Assembly (NCBI GenBank): GCA_047947115.1
Contig: CP170459.1
Span: 5,248,001 to 5,312,000 of the forward strand
Length of the DNA: 64,000 nucleotides
Direction of reading: 5' to 3'
DNA from: Verrucomicrobiota bacterium
GTDB taxonomy: Bacteria > Verrucomicrobiota > Verrucomicrobiia > Limisphaerales > AAA164-E04
Shown: piece after piece, positions 30,636 through 40,300 of the stretch
How positions within the stretch are numbered: position 1 is the stretch's first letter
Layout: each line of letters opens with the position of its first letter
Program-made: the position numbers and the translations under genes
Notes under the pieces: model-generated
Databases searched by the model: none
The model's input: the letters and a program-made list of their open reading frames with translations, nothing else
What the model was told of the DNA's origin: nothing

Positions 30636-31352
30636 ATGAAAAAAATCCAAGTAGCATTGAAATGGACGTGGGTGATGGGAATCGCCTTATCGGTATTGGG
30701 TTCCACCATGCAAATGGAAGCCCAGAAGGATAAAAACAACCGCTTGACCAAAAAGGAACGGGAAGCCGGTTGGAAGTTGCTGTTCAACGGCAAAAACCTG
30801 AACAAGTGGCGCAACTTCAAGAAAGAATCGCTGAGCGATGGTTGGCAGATTCAGGACGGCACTTTTGTTCGCGCCAAAGGAGGCGCCGGAGACATCGTCA
30901 CCAAACGTCAGTACGATGCCTTCGAACTCCAACTGGATTATAAGATCTCAAAAGGTGGCAACAGCGGACTGATGTATCACGTGAAGGAAAATGCCAACGC
31001 CCCTTGGCACACCGGTCCGGAAATCCAGATTCAGGACAATGTGGATGGACATGATCCCCAGAAAGCCGGTTGGCTCTACCAGCTCTATAGCTCCGATACC
31101 GACGCCACCAAGCCTGCCGGAGAATGGAACACATTACGTGTCCTGATCACTCCCGAGAAATGCGAGCAGTACATGAACGGCGTCAAGTATTGTGAATACG
31201 TCAAAGGAAGCAAGGACTGGAATGAGCGTGTCGCCAAAAGCAAGTTCAAGGATATGCCCGACTTTGGCAAACCCACCAAAGGATTCATCTGTTTGCAGGA
31301 TCACGGAAACGAAGTGGCCTTTCGCAACGTGAAGATCCGCGAGATCAAATAA
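30636..31352 (+). CDS. DUF1080 (3-keto-disaccharide hydrolase-like) protein
   Basis: GWKLLFNGK, GGNSG, GPEIQIQD, GEWN, LQDHG, FRNVKIRE. Confidence 0.9.
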   Translation: MKKIQVALKWTWVMGIALSVLGSTMQMEAQKDKNNRLTKKEREAGWKLLFNGKNLNKWRNFKKESLSDGWQIQDGTFVRAKGGAGDIVTKRQYDAFELQLDYKISKGGNSGLMYHVKENANAPWHTGPEIQIQDNVDGHDPQKAGWLYQLYSSDTDATKPAGEWNTLRVLITPEKCEQYMNGVKYCEYVKGSKDWNERVAKSKFKDMPDFGKPTKGFICLQDHGNEVAFRNVKIREIK

Positions 31353-31383
31353 GCGATCATTTTGGGTTTGATCCTCTCTATAT

Positions 31384-31410
31384 CCACAGATGTCTCAGAT
31401 TTTCACAGAT
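31384..31410 (+). repeat. short triple direct repeat (CACAGAT x3, imperfect)
   Basis: CCACAGAT-G-TCTCAGAT-TT-TCACAGAT. Confidence 0.45.
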
Positions 31411-31434
31411 GTTTTAGGAGAAAGCCTGTGCATT

Positions 31435-31726
31435 CAGGGCCGCGAGCGCGTCAGGGTGAAGGGATGGTTGATGCGATATTCGGACGGGCCTCCGGACGCG
31501 CAGTCCCGATCATATCGGGATCCCTACCAAAGCAGGGCTTTCGCCCCGCCGGTAGGGCCCTGCTGCCGCAGGGCCGCGAGCGCGTCAACGTGTAGGAATG
31601 GTTGATGCGATATTCGGACGGGCCTCCGGACGCGCAGTCCCGATCATATCGGGATCCCTACCAGAGCAGGGCTTTCGCCCCGCCGGTAGGGCCCTGCTGC
31701 CGCAGGGCCGCGAGCGCGTCAGGGTA
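31435..31726. repeat. tandem REPIN-like array, 134-bp period
   Basis: CAGGGCCGCGAGCGCGTC recurs at 31435, 31569 and 31703; complete unit GGTAGGG...CCCTACC at 31551-31662; homologous in inverted orientation to 49306-49550. Confidence 0.9.
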
Positions 31727-31791
31727 AAGGAAAGCCTATTGCGTTATGCGTAAACGTAGCGTCACGGACATCCCAAACAAATATGAACTCT

Positions 31792-31831
31792 AATGAAAAA
31801 CGCGGCTCCGAATGGAGCCGCGTTTTTCATT
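31792..31831. terminator. bidirectional Rho-independent terminator
   Basis: Perfect 18-bp inverted repeat AATGAAAAACGCGGCTCC-GAAT-GGAGCCGCGTTTTTCATT between convergent genes. Confidence 0.85.
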
Positions 31832-32699
31832 GTTCAGTAACCAGATCTTCTTCCTCAGGCTGATCCATTCCACGAATGAGATAAATGGGGCAATCCAGGT
31901 GTTGGAGCTGTTTGAGAAACTTCGCTTTCTTCAACCAATCCAAATCAGGAAGAATCAACGTGCCCGGACGAAAAGCCTGCAGGTAACCGGCAACGTTCAT
32001 CATCGTGGGCGGATCGATCACAAACATGCGAAACAGCACGGCTCGATCCTGACTGACCTGCGTCAGCCACTGGCGCAGTTCGAATTCGTGCAGTGGGTTT
32101 TCACCGGGAAGGTAAAGGACATTGAAATAGTGATGGCACAGATAGCCCATGCTGAAAGCCGTTTCCAGGGCGGCTTTGCTTTCCGCCAAAGTTTTACAGA
32201 CAACCGTCACCGGAAAAATAATCGACCTGCCCTTGCGCGCAATAAAGACACCTCCCTTTGACGCCTTCAACACTTTCATGGTGGTCGAACCAAATCCACT
32301 TTCGGAAGGCCATTGTGACCCCAAAGCCCCCAAAGCGGTGACTTCGGCCTCCTTGATCATTTCAATCAAGGTTTCCATCACGGCACCTCGCACCACTTGA
32401 AAAGACCAGGGAATTCGGCGACGTTCGGCCGCCATCTCCAGGGCATTGCGTGCATGGGATGCCATGGCGCGGAAAATGGATTCAATGTCTTTGTGCTTGA
32501 AATCGCGTATTTCCGCAGCGGATGTGCCTACTTCACGGGCAACGGAACAGGCGGTAATCCTGAGTAAATGCTCGTCCTCAACAAATACCCCCAACAACTC
32601 GGCCCCACGTTGATGGGCGATTTCCACGGCGGCGTCCAGCGCGGCCAGACTCTGCGAAGAGGCGTCCAGCGCGATCAGGATTTGCTTGCGACGGCTCAT
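31827..32699 (-). CDS. universal stress protein (UspA-domain)
   Basis: ILIALDASSQSLAAL...ELLGVFVED, FGSTT motif; 4-nt overlap with upstream Lon-like gene. Confidence 0.8.
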   Translation of the reverse strand: MSRRKQILIALDASSQSLAALDAAVEIAHQRGAELLGVFVEDEHLLRITACSVAREVGTSAAEIRDFKHKDIESIFRAMASHARNALEMAAERRRIPWSFQVVRGAVMETLIEMIKEAEVTALGALGSQWPSESGFGSTTMKVLKASKGGVFIARKGRSIIFPVTVVCKTLAESKAALETAFSMGYLCHHYFNVLYLPGENPLHEFELRQWLTQVSQDRAVLFRMFVIDPPTMMNVAGYLQAFRPGTLILPDLDWLKKAKFLKQLQHLDCPIYLIRGMDQPEEEDLVTEQ

Positions 32700-35116
32700 T
32701 TCTTTTCGTCCTTGCCGTCGTTGGCGTGAAAGGCCCTGGATTGCTCGGCAAATTGAACCAATCGTTGTTCCACCCTGCCATTGACGCTGTTCTTGGGAAA
32801 TTTGCCGTTGGCGTTGCGCTTGCCGGCGTTGACTCCGGTCAGGATGGCAATCCCCTCGTCCACATGGTTGATAGGGTAAATGTGAAACTGCTTCTGTTTC
32901 ACTGCTTCGACTATTTCAGGATGCAACATCAGGTGTTTGACGTTGGCCGCCGGAATCAGCACGCCTTGATCCCCAGTCAACCCTCGTGCTTTGCACAATT
33001 CAAAAAATCCTTCGATTTTCTCATTCACACCGCCAATCGCCTGCACCTCACCCATCTGACTCAATGCGCCGGTGACGGCCAATGACTGTTTGATGGGCAA
33101 TCCGGACAATGCGGATAAGAGAGCGTAAAGTTCCGTACTCGAAGCGCTGTCTCCGTCCACACCATTGTAGGATTGTTCGAAGACAATACTGGCACTCAGA
33201 GAAAGCGGTTTATCGGAAACAAAATGTCCCATCAGATAACCGGACAGGATCATCATGCCCTTGGAATGCAGGGAACCCCCGAGATTCACTTCCCGTTCGA
33301 TATCGATCACTTCCCCTCCCCCCATGCGCACCTGGGCGGTGATTCTTCCGGGATGCCCGAAGGCGTGACCGCCGAGTTGGATGACCGAAAGGCCGTTGAT
33401 CTGGCCGACTTTCTCGCCGTCGGTATCGATAATGAAAGTGCCGCGAAGGGTTTCTTCGCGCCAGCGGGTTTGGATGCGGCTCAGTCGTTGAGTTGCCTGA
33501 ACCATCGCTTTTTCCACGTGTTCGGCTTTCACGACTTTTGAGGCGCCCTGCTTGGCCCAGTAATTGGATTCCTCCAGCAAATCGGCAATGGAACGGATCT
33601 CCATGGTCAATTTCTCGGCATCTTCCGCATGTCGTGAGCTGAATTCAATCACGCGCGCCACGGCCCCCTTGTCGAAATGCATGAGGGCGGCTTTTCTTAC
33701 CAAAGTGGCGATCAGGCGGGCATATAACATGACGTTCTTGGGTGAACGGTCCATTTGATCCTCGAAATCAACCGCCACTTTAAAGAACTTGGAAAACTCC
33801 GGATCCAGTTCATGCAGCATGTAGTAAAGCATGCGATCCCCGACCAGCACGACCTTGATATCCAGGGGCAGCGGTTCGGGTTCCAGGGAGACGGTGCTGA
33901 CCAGACTGAGCGATTGTCCGAGTGATTCGATTCTGATTTCGCGTGAGCGCAGGCAGCGTTTGAGCGAGTCCCAGGCGAACGGCTGCATGAGCACCTGCAT
34001 GGCATCGATCACGAGGTACCCCCCGTTGGCCAGATGGAGCATCCCCGGTTTGATCAGGGTAAAATCGGTCAACAAGGTCCCCATGTGGGATACGTGCTCC
34101 ACACGTCCCAGGAGGTTGTTGTAGCAGGGATTGTCTTCATAGAGAACCGGCGTCCCCTTGGTGGCGCCATGATCCACAAGCACATTGACACGGTATCGCA
34201 CCATGGATGCTGCCTGCATTTCCTCGGTGGGCATGTTACCCGGTCCCTGCCCGGGGCCCTCTTTGGAGAGGAACAAATCCTCAGCGTATTCAACGACATC
34301 CTCCAACACTTTGTTGAGGTAATCCTGCACGTTTTCCAAATCGGCATATTCATGCCTCAGATCCTCAACCAAGCCCAAAACGGCAGCCTTGGTGACAGCG
34401 CGGTTCAATTCCTTCACTTTGCGCTGAATGGAACGCCGGATGCGGGGAATCTGGTGTATGATTTTTTCAATATCCGCCTGCAGGGTCGTGATGTCCTTCT
34501 GGATGCGCTTGCGATCTTTCTCCGGCAGTTTCCGGAAAGAGTCTTGATCCAGAATTTCACCGTCCAGTGTGGGTGAAAGAGCGATCCCACTCGGAGTTTG
34601 GATCAAGGTGATGCTGCGCTTTTTGGCGCGCTTTTTAACGGCATCCAAAGCCTTGTCCTGCTGTTCGGAAACCTCATGCTCGATTTCCTGGCGACGCATG
34701 CGGTACTTGTCGTTTTCGAAGGCGGCCGGAATGGAATTGCGCAGGTCCTCCACCAGACGCTCCATGTCTTCCGCCAACTTGCGCCCCCTGCCCGCCGGCA
34801 ATTTCAGCAACCGCGGTTTGTAGGAATCGATAAAATTGTTCACATAACACCAGTCGGAAGGCACTGGTTTGTTTTTCGCCAGGCGGTTCAAATAATCCTG
34901 AACCACTGAATGCCGTCCGTAACCGGAAGGGCCCAGCACAAAGAGATTGTAACCTTCGGATCCGATTTCGACACCAAACTTCAGGGCCTCCACGGCGCGA
35001 TCCTGGCCGATCACATTCTGGACAGGCTTGAGATCTTTGGTGGTCCGAAAGGAAAGATCCTTCAAGGCGCATCGGTTGGCAAGTTGATTGGGTTTGAGAG
35101 GTGTAACGCGACTCAT
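32696..35116 (-). CDS. Lon-like AAA protease (LonB/LonC-type, S16 domain)
   Basis: IGQDRA, Walker A-like GPSGYGRHS, LHLANGGYL, VGQINGL, DGDSAS catalytic Ser, GGVNEKIEGF Lys. Confidence 0.9.
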   Translation of the reverse strand: MSRVTPLKPNQLANRCALKDLSFRTTKDLKPVQNVIGQDRAVEALKFGVEIGSEGYNLFVLGPSGYGRHSVVQDYLNRLAKNKPVPSDWCYVNNFIDSYKPRLLKLPAGRGRKLAEDMERLVEDLRNSIPAAFENDKYRMRRQEIEHEVSEQQDKALDAVKKRAKKRSITLIQTPSGIALSPTLDGEILDQDSFRKLPEKDRKRIQKDITTLQADIEKIIHQIPRIRRSIQRKVKELNRAVTKAAVLGLVEDLRHEYADLENVQDYLNKVLEDVVEYAEDLFLSKEGPGQGPGNMPTEEMQAASMVRYRVNVLVDHGATKGTPVLYEDNPCYNNLLGRVEHVSHMGTLLTDFTLIKPGMLHLANGGYLVIDAMQVLMQPFAWDSLKRCLRSREIRIESLGQSLSLVSTVSLEPEPLPLDIKVVLVGDRMLYYMLHELDPEFSKFFKVAVDFEDQMDRSPKNVMLYARLIATLVRKAALMHFDKGAVARVIEFSSRHAEDAEKLTMEIRSIADLLEESNYWAKQGASKVVKAEHVEKAMVQATQRLSRIQTRWREETLRGTFIIDTDGEKVGQINGLSVIQLGGHAFGHPGRITAQVRMGGGEVIDIEREVNLGGSLHSKGMMILSGYLMGHFVSDKPLSLSASIVFEQSYNGVDGDSASSTELYALLSALSGLPIKQSLAVTGALSQMGEVQAIGGVNEKIEGFFELCKARGLTGDQGVLIPAANVKHLMLHPEIVEAVKQKQFHIYPINHVDEGIAILTGVNAGKRNANGKFPKNSVNGRVEQRLVQFAEQSRAFHANDGKDEKK

Positions 35117-35138
35117 GTCGTTTGATTAAAAATGAAAA

Positions 35139-36086
35139 CTATTTCGTGAAAAATTGACGTTGTTGGTCGGATATTTCCATGCCCATGAATTCCATCACTT
35201 TGAGCATGTCTTCCCATACCTGCCGTTTGATGGCTTTGGCAGGATTTCGCAATACATAAGATGGGTGGTAGGTCGGCATGACCGGAATGCCCCTGAAATC
35301 CTGAAAATTCCCACGCATTCTAGTAATGCCCTTGATCGATTTCCCCAACAAACCTTCCACGGCAGTGGTTCCAAGGGCGATGAGCACTTTGGGGCGGATC
35401 AATTTGATTTGATCCATCAGATAGGGCCAGCAGGTCTGCATTTCCATCGGGGTCGGCTTGCGGTTTCCGAAGGACTTTCCGGGGGTGTCGGGACGACATT
35501 TCAGCACGTTCCCAATGTAAACCGTATCCCGCGACAACCCCATTGTCTCGATGATCCGGGTCAGCAATTGACCGGCTTTGCCCACGAACGGTTCGCCCTG
35601 ACGGTCCTCGTCCATGCCCGGAGCTTCTCCCACAAACATCAGTTCGGCATGCACACTTCCCACCCCGAAAACAACCTGCGTCCGGGACTGCGCCAGGTGG
35701 CTGCAGCGGGTGCATGCCAAAACCTGCTCCCGCAGTTTGGCCATGGCCGACTCTCTCTGAGCCCCTTCCAATACAGGCCAATCCTCCACCCGCCCGATCA
35801 GATCCGTCACGTCGGGTTGGGCGACCGGTTCCGCAACGGCACCTCGAACCTCTTCACGCGTCTGTGGTGAAGGTGTGGAATCAAAAATCGGCTTTTGGAT
35901 ACGTGCCGGAGCGGAAGGCTTTGAAGTTTGCGAAAGCCCGCGGGCAGCGGCTGCACGTGACCGATACATTTCCCGAAGCACATCCATCGAATCGGCGGAG
36001 ACATCAATCGTCGTCCGCCCTTCCGATTTCAAGGCTTCCAAATGTTCAATGGTAACATCCAGCAGCTGTTCAAACGCATAGGCCAT
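35139..36086 (-). CDS. uracil-DNA glycosylase family 4
   Basis: CTRC, VGEAPG, PFVGKAGQLL, KCRP, TYHPSY. Confidence 0.92.
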   Translation of the reverse strand: MAYAFEQLLDVTIEHLEALKSEGRTTIDVSADSMDVLREMYRSRAAAARGLSQTSKPSAPARIQKPIFDSTPSPQTREEVRGAVAEPVAQPDVTDLIGRVEDWPVLEGAQRESAMAKLREQVLACTRCSHLAQSRTQVVFGVGSVHAELMFVGEAPGMDEDRQGEPFVGKAGQLLTRIIETMGLSRDTVYIGNVLKCRPDTPGKSFGNRKPTPMEMQTCWPYLMDQIKLIRPKVLIALGTTAVEGLLGKSIKGITRMRGNFQDFRGIPVMPTYHPSYVLRNPAKAIKRQVWEDMLKVMEFMGMEISDQQRQFFTK

Positions 36087-36103
36087 ATCGTATCAGCTAT
36101 CGC

Positions 36104-37558
36104 CTATCCCGTTGGGGAATCACCGTGGTATTCGATGCGCAAAATCTGGGTATCACTGTTGTCGGACCATTGGGTACCCCACTGAATGACATACAGGCAT
36201 CCGTCCGGCCCCAGTTCCATGTCCATCGGACGCAGGAATGTCATCCCTGGCAGGAAGCGATGAAGGTCCTTGCGTGGATTGGCAATCTTTTCGTCCTCGT
36301 CCAGTTTGACCGCAATGATCCAGTTTCTGGACCATTCGTAGATGAACAGATGATGATCAAAAACTGCCGGGAGCTTGTGAGGTGACTTCAGGTCATCTTC
36401 ATGATAGTAAACCGGCCCGGCCATGGCTGTACGTCCTCCTCCAGCGTTCACAGCTGGAAAACGTGCCGACAGGGAATGAGGATAGTAGATGAAAGCAGAT
36501 TGCGCCGGCGGCAGTTCCTTGCCTCCGGTGTTGTTGGGGGAAGCGTTGATCGGTTTGGCGGGATCCCATTTTTCCAGGGATTTCTTGTTCGCAAAATCAT
36601 AACGCGTATAAGCCTTGTTGTTCGCAATGAAGTAAGGCCAACCGAAGAAACCTGCCGTCCGTGCTTGATTAATCTCATCAAATCCCGCAGGTCCACGATC
36701 AGGATTAATGCTTCCCGCATCCGGCCCCACTTCTCCCCAGTACAGATAACCCGTGCGGGGATCGACGGAGATACGGTATGGATTGCGATTGCCCATCACA
36801 TAGATTTCCGGACGTCCCTGGCTTCCATCTTTGGGAAACAGGTTTCCGGCAGGAATCTCAACCGTACCATCAGCCAAAGGACGAACGCGTAGAATTTTTC
36901 CACGCAGGTCGTTCATGTTGGCGGATGATTTCTGGGCATCCCAAGGCGAGCGACCTTCCTGTTCGTCGCTGGGACTGAAACCGTCTGATGCGAACGGATT
37001 GGTATTATCGCCCACCGACGCATAAAGGTTTCCAGCGGCATCGAAATTCAACGAACCACCGGAATGACAGCATTCCTTACGTTGGGTTTTGATACGTATC
37101 AGGGTCTTCTGACTGGATAGATCCAACTGGTCATCCTTGATGGTGAATCGGGAAACATGGTTCTCTTCCTGATCGGGGGGCGAATGGAAAAGATAAATCC
37201 ACCCGTTGTCCTCGAAATTAGGATCCAGTGTCATCCCCAGCAAACCATCCTCCAACCCGGTGAACACGTCCACCTTGCCGACTGTTTTCACTTCACCGGA
37301 CTTGGGGTCCAGGTATTTGACGAATCCACGCCGTTCGGCAAAGAACACCCGTCCGTCTTTGGCGACGGAGAGTTCCATTGGATCCACCATCCCGTTGGGA
37401 TCTTTGGTCGGGTTCTCAGCCAGCACAACGCGCTTGAATGCGGACTCCGGAGGGTATTCAAGATCGGCGCCATGAACCGCACCGGAAAGGATCCCCCCGC
37501 AAACAATAAGTAGAAGCTTGGATTTCATTTTCATATTGAGTTTTTCTGATATTACCAA
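36104..37558 (-). CDS. PQQ-dependent sugar dehydrogenase-like beta-propeller (GSDH)
   Basis: EDGLLG, ECCHSGG, LRGKILR, MGNRNPYR, GFFGWP; true start likely ATG near 37530. Confidence 0.85.
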   Translation of the reverse strand: MVISEKLNMKMKSKLLLIVCGGILSGAVHGADLEYPPESAFKRVVLAENPTKDPNGMVDPMELSVAKDGRVFFAERRGFVKYLDPKSGEVKTVGKVDVFTGLEDGLLGMTLDPNFEDNGWIYLFHSPPDQEENHVSRFTIKDDQLDLSSQKTLIRIKTQRKECCHSGGSLNFDAAGNLYASVGDNTNPFASDGFSPSDEQEGRSPWDAQKSSANMNDLRGKILRVRPLADGTVEIPAGNLFPKDGSQGRPEIYVMGNRNPYRISVDPRTGYLYWGEVGPDAGSINPDRGPAGFDEINQARTAGFFGWPYFIANNKAYTRYDFANKKSLEKWDPAKPINASPNNTGGKELPPAQSAFIYYPHSLSARFPAVNAGGGRTAMAGPVYYHEDDLKSPHKLPAVFDHHLFIYEWSRNWIIAVKLDEDEKIANPRKDLHRFLPGMTFLRPMDMELGPDGCLYVIQWGTQWSDNSDTQILRIEYHGDSPTG

Positions 37559-37580
37559 ATTCGAAAGGTTGACGATCGGG

Positions 37581-39638
37581 TTATCCGATCAATTTCTGAG
37601 CTTCCTCAGCCATCTTGTCGGCAGTCAAACCATGGCGCTGATAGAGGTGTTCGGCCACGTAGGCGGATTGACCGAATTCTCCTTCGATTCCCAGACTGGA
37701 AACCCGATGAGCGATGCCGGCACGAGAAAGAGCATGCGACAACTGGGACCCCATTCCGCAACTGACCTGATGATCCTCGATGGTCACCACGCGACCTTGA
37801 GCGGCTTGCACCAAAGGAGCAATGGTATCGAGATCGACCCGATTGACGAAAGGATTGCTGATCACGGTGGCATTGACACCTTTTTGAGCCAGCAACTCAC
37901 CGGCTTGGACCGCCTTGCTCAACAAGGGGCCGCAACCCACCAGGACCACATCCGAACCCTCACGAATCACCTGAGCCTTGCCCCATGGATAGGAAGCTCC
38001 TTCGATCCAGTGTATCGGATAATTCTCACGACCGACAAAGAAAATGTAATTTTCACCATCCTTGCCCGCCTTGCGATCTTCAGCATAGCGTTTGATTGCC
38101 TCATACATGAGAGCATCCGCTTCGCCGGCACAGGATGGAGCAATAGCCACGGTATGAGGAATGGCGCTGACTGCGGCAAAATAAGTTGTGGCCTGATGAC
38201 TGGCTCCGTCGGCGGCGTCCTGGAAACCGACGTGTGAGAAAATAGCGATCACTGGGGCTTGTGAAAGCGCAGCCATGGTCAAAGGCAGATTCCCCTTGGT
38301 GACCCCAAACTGACCGAACGTATCCACAATCGGGATATAACCCGCCTTGGCGTAACCGGTCCCCACACTGACCATGTTGGCTTCCGCAATCCCGACTTCA
38401 ACAAAACGATCCGGAAAACTACTCTGGAAAGCGGCAATACCGGTGGAACCTTGCACGTCACAAGAAACAGAATACACCGGATACCCATCCTGCGCGGCAC
38501 GAATGGCGGCATCCGCAAGACCACCCTGAATTTTGCCTTTCTTGACAGCAGGAGCACTGCTGGCAGGGGCGGCTGCCTTGGCGGCCGTGTCGGCTTCCCA
38601 TTTGACGCGCAATTCATTGGCCCACGTCAGCATTTCCTCAGGAGCTTCGCCGCCGTAGATTTCATTAACAAAGTCGACGATCTTCTCGCCGCCTTTCAAC
38701 GGGAACCCATGACCGCCACTGGCGTTTTCCTCGGTGGATTTGACGCCGTAACCTTTGATGGTTTTCACCCGGACCAGGACAGGCTTGGTAGAGTCTGCCT
38801 TCGCAGATTGCACGGCGGATTCGATCGACTGGTAAACAGTCTGAAGATCATGTCCCTGTTCAACATCAATGACCTTCCACCCAAGAGTGGCCATGGCATC
38901 GAAGGACGGTCCCATGTCAAATGAGTCGGCCGGGATGCGGCCGGAAAGTTTGGTTTGATTGTCCGAAAGCACCATCACGAACGGATTCACCCGTCCTTTG
39001 GCGGCCAGACCGGGTATCGCGGAAAAAGCTTCCTTGGCTTCCCCTTCCATGGAAGCTCCGTCGGAAATCACCAGCACGGTCACGCGATCATTGCCAGCCG
39101 TTTTGTCGGCCATGGCGAGCCCCTGACATTGTCCAACGGCCGAACTCAACGGGCCGTTGCTCAAAAGAACGCCTTCGGGGTTCAAGTGAGATTCACCGTG
39201 ACCGGTCAACTTGCTTTCGATACTGCGAAAACCACGCAGATCCTCAAAAGTCATGCCATCGAACCCAAGGTTGGCGCGCAGGGCATAAACCCCGTTTTCG
39301 GTGTGACCGGCGTCATTGACGAAATTATAAGCCTCATACCAGGGACGATCCCCGGACGCAAAGATCAGGCCATGAACAGATGCCATAATCTCAGCCAAAG
39401 CGGCAGGACCACCCCAGTGACAGGCAGCACCACCGTTGACGGCGTGCACATTCATCAAGCCTACCAAAGCGCGGGTAGCATTGGGATCCCCCAACACAAC
39501 TTCTTCGCCTGCAATATTTTTGACTTTCGCAGCATATTTAGGTGCTTGCGCAGGATTACCTGCCAAACGGCTTTTCAAGGTCAGCGGCGTCAAAGCCGGA
39601 GCTTCCAACGGTTTTGCATCAATTGGTTCGGATCCCAT
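37581..39638 (-). CDS. transketolase-family TPP enzyme (divergent)
   Basis: DAGH, TGHGE, SDGASMEGE...DN TPP motif, TIKGYG, GIAEANM, DGASHQ, IEDH. Confidence 0.85.
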   Translation of the reverse strand: MGSEPIDAKPLEAPALTPLTLKSRLAGNPAQAPKYAAKVKNIAGEEVVLGDPNATRALVGLMNVHAVNGGAACHWGGPAALAEIMASVHGLIFASGDRPWYEAYNFVNDAGHTENGVYALRANLGFDGMTFEDLRGFRSIESKLTGHGESHLNPEGVLLSNGPLSSAVGQCQGLAMADKTAGNDRVTVLVISDGASMEGEAKEAFSAIPGLAAKGRVNPFVMVLSDNQTKLSGRIPADSFDMGPSFDAMATLGWKVIDVEQGHDLQTVYQSIESAVQSAKADSTKPVLVRVKTIKGYGVKSTEENASGGHGFPLKGGEKIVDFVNEIYGGEAPEEMLTWANELRVKWEADTAAKAAAPASSAPAVKKGKIQGGLADAAIRAAQDGYPVYSVSCDVQGSTGIAAFQSSFPDRFVEVGIAEANMVSVGTGYAKAGYIPIVDTFGQFGVTKGNLPLTMAALSQAPVIAIFSHVGFQDAADGASHQATTYFAAVSAIPHTVAIAPSCAGEADALMYEAIKRYAEDRKAGKDGENYIFFVGRENYPIHWIEGASYPWGKAQVIREGSDVVLVGCGPLLSKAVQAGELLAQKGVNATVISNPFVNRVDLDTIAPLVQAAQGRVVTIEDHQVSCGMGSQLSHALSRAGIAHRVSSLGIEGEFGQSAYVAEHLYQRHGLTADKMAEEAQKLIG

Positions 39639-39732
39639 AAATCAAATTCGTTCGTTTTCTTATTTCAATGTCAACTTGAAGCGGAAACTGTAATGACCAA
39701 AGCGAAAATGTGAAGGAAAGAATTCAGGACGC

Positions 39733-40095
39733 TTAATTTGGGTTTTGGAAGAAAACATAGCTCGTGGAGTAATCACTGAACTCGAAGTAAACATTCTTCT
39801 CCCCCTCATCCACCTTGAAATTGAAATTCAAGTCTGCCACCCCATATCCATATCGATAAGGGCGCGGCAGAGGATTGCCCTGTGTGGACTCGGCCGTGGT
39901 CAACTTGTCAATCCGGATAAAACGATGCACCAGCTTGTCACCTGCATAGATCTCCAGCACCCCATCGGTCCCGGTCCAATTCTGAACCGCTCGACTGATT
40001 TTGTTCTGGGTCTCCTGCGTACACCCGACCAAACAGATGGCAAGCAAGAAAAAACACCCGACTCCAAACACTTTATAGATCCAATGTTTATCCAT
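39733..40095 (-). CDS. lipoprotein, hypothetical
   Basis: Lipobox LVGC after a hydrophobic stretch; DLNFNFKVDEGE loop. Confidence 0.75.
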   Translation of the reverse strand: MDKHWIYKVFGVGCFFLLAICLVGCTQETQNKISRAVQNWTGTDGVLEIYAGDKLVHRFIRIDKLTTAESTQGNPLPRPYRYGYGVADLNFNFKVDEGEKNVYFEFSDYSTSYVFFQNPN

Positions 40096-40153
40096 AGAAC
40101 TCCAACCTGACTCGGATGAAAGAGCCTGTCAAAAATAATGAATATGACCACCT

Positions 40154-40226
40154 GTAGCCGCGTTTGCCAAAACGTGGCCCGCCTTCTTGGGCAATGGCTA
40201 AGTAACCGCGTTTGCAAAAACGTGGC
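40154..40226 (+). repeat. two direct GTAG-type REP-like palindromes
   Basis: GTAGCCGCGTTTGCCAAAACGTGGC (40154-40178) and GTAACCGCGTTTGCAAAAACGTGGC (40202-40226). Confidence 0.7.
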
Positions 40227-40300
40227 CTGACATACATAATGATCCATAATGCCCCCTCCCCCCCCAAGGCCAAGGCAATCTACTGAAGAGGGCAACTTCA

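Noticed and set aside
31435..31726. Possible CRISPR array (also 49306-49550)
   Set aside because: Whole 132-134 bp units are near-identical with no unique spacers, there are only 2-3 units, and no cas genes; GTAG hairpins indicate REPs.
31420..31737. GAAAGCCT direct repeat flanking the REPIN array as a possible target-site duplication
   Set aside because: Copies do not abut the unit ends, the right one lies inside a decayed third unit, and HUH-type mobility does not normally create TSDs.
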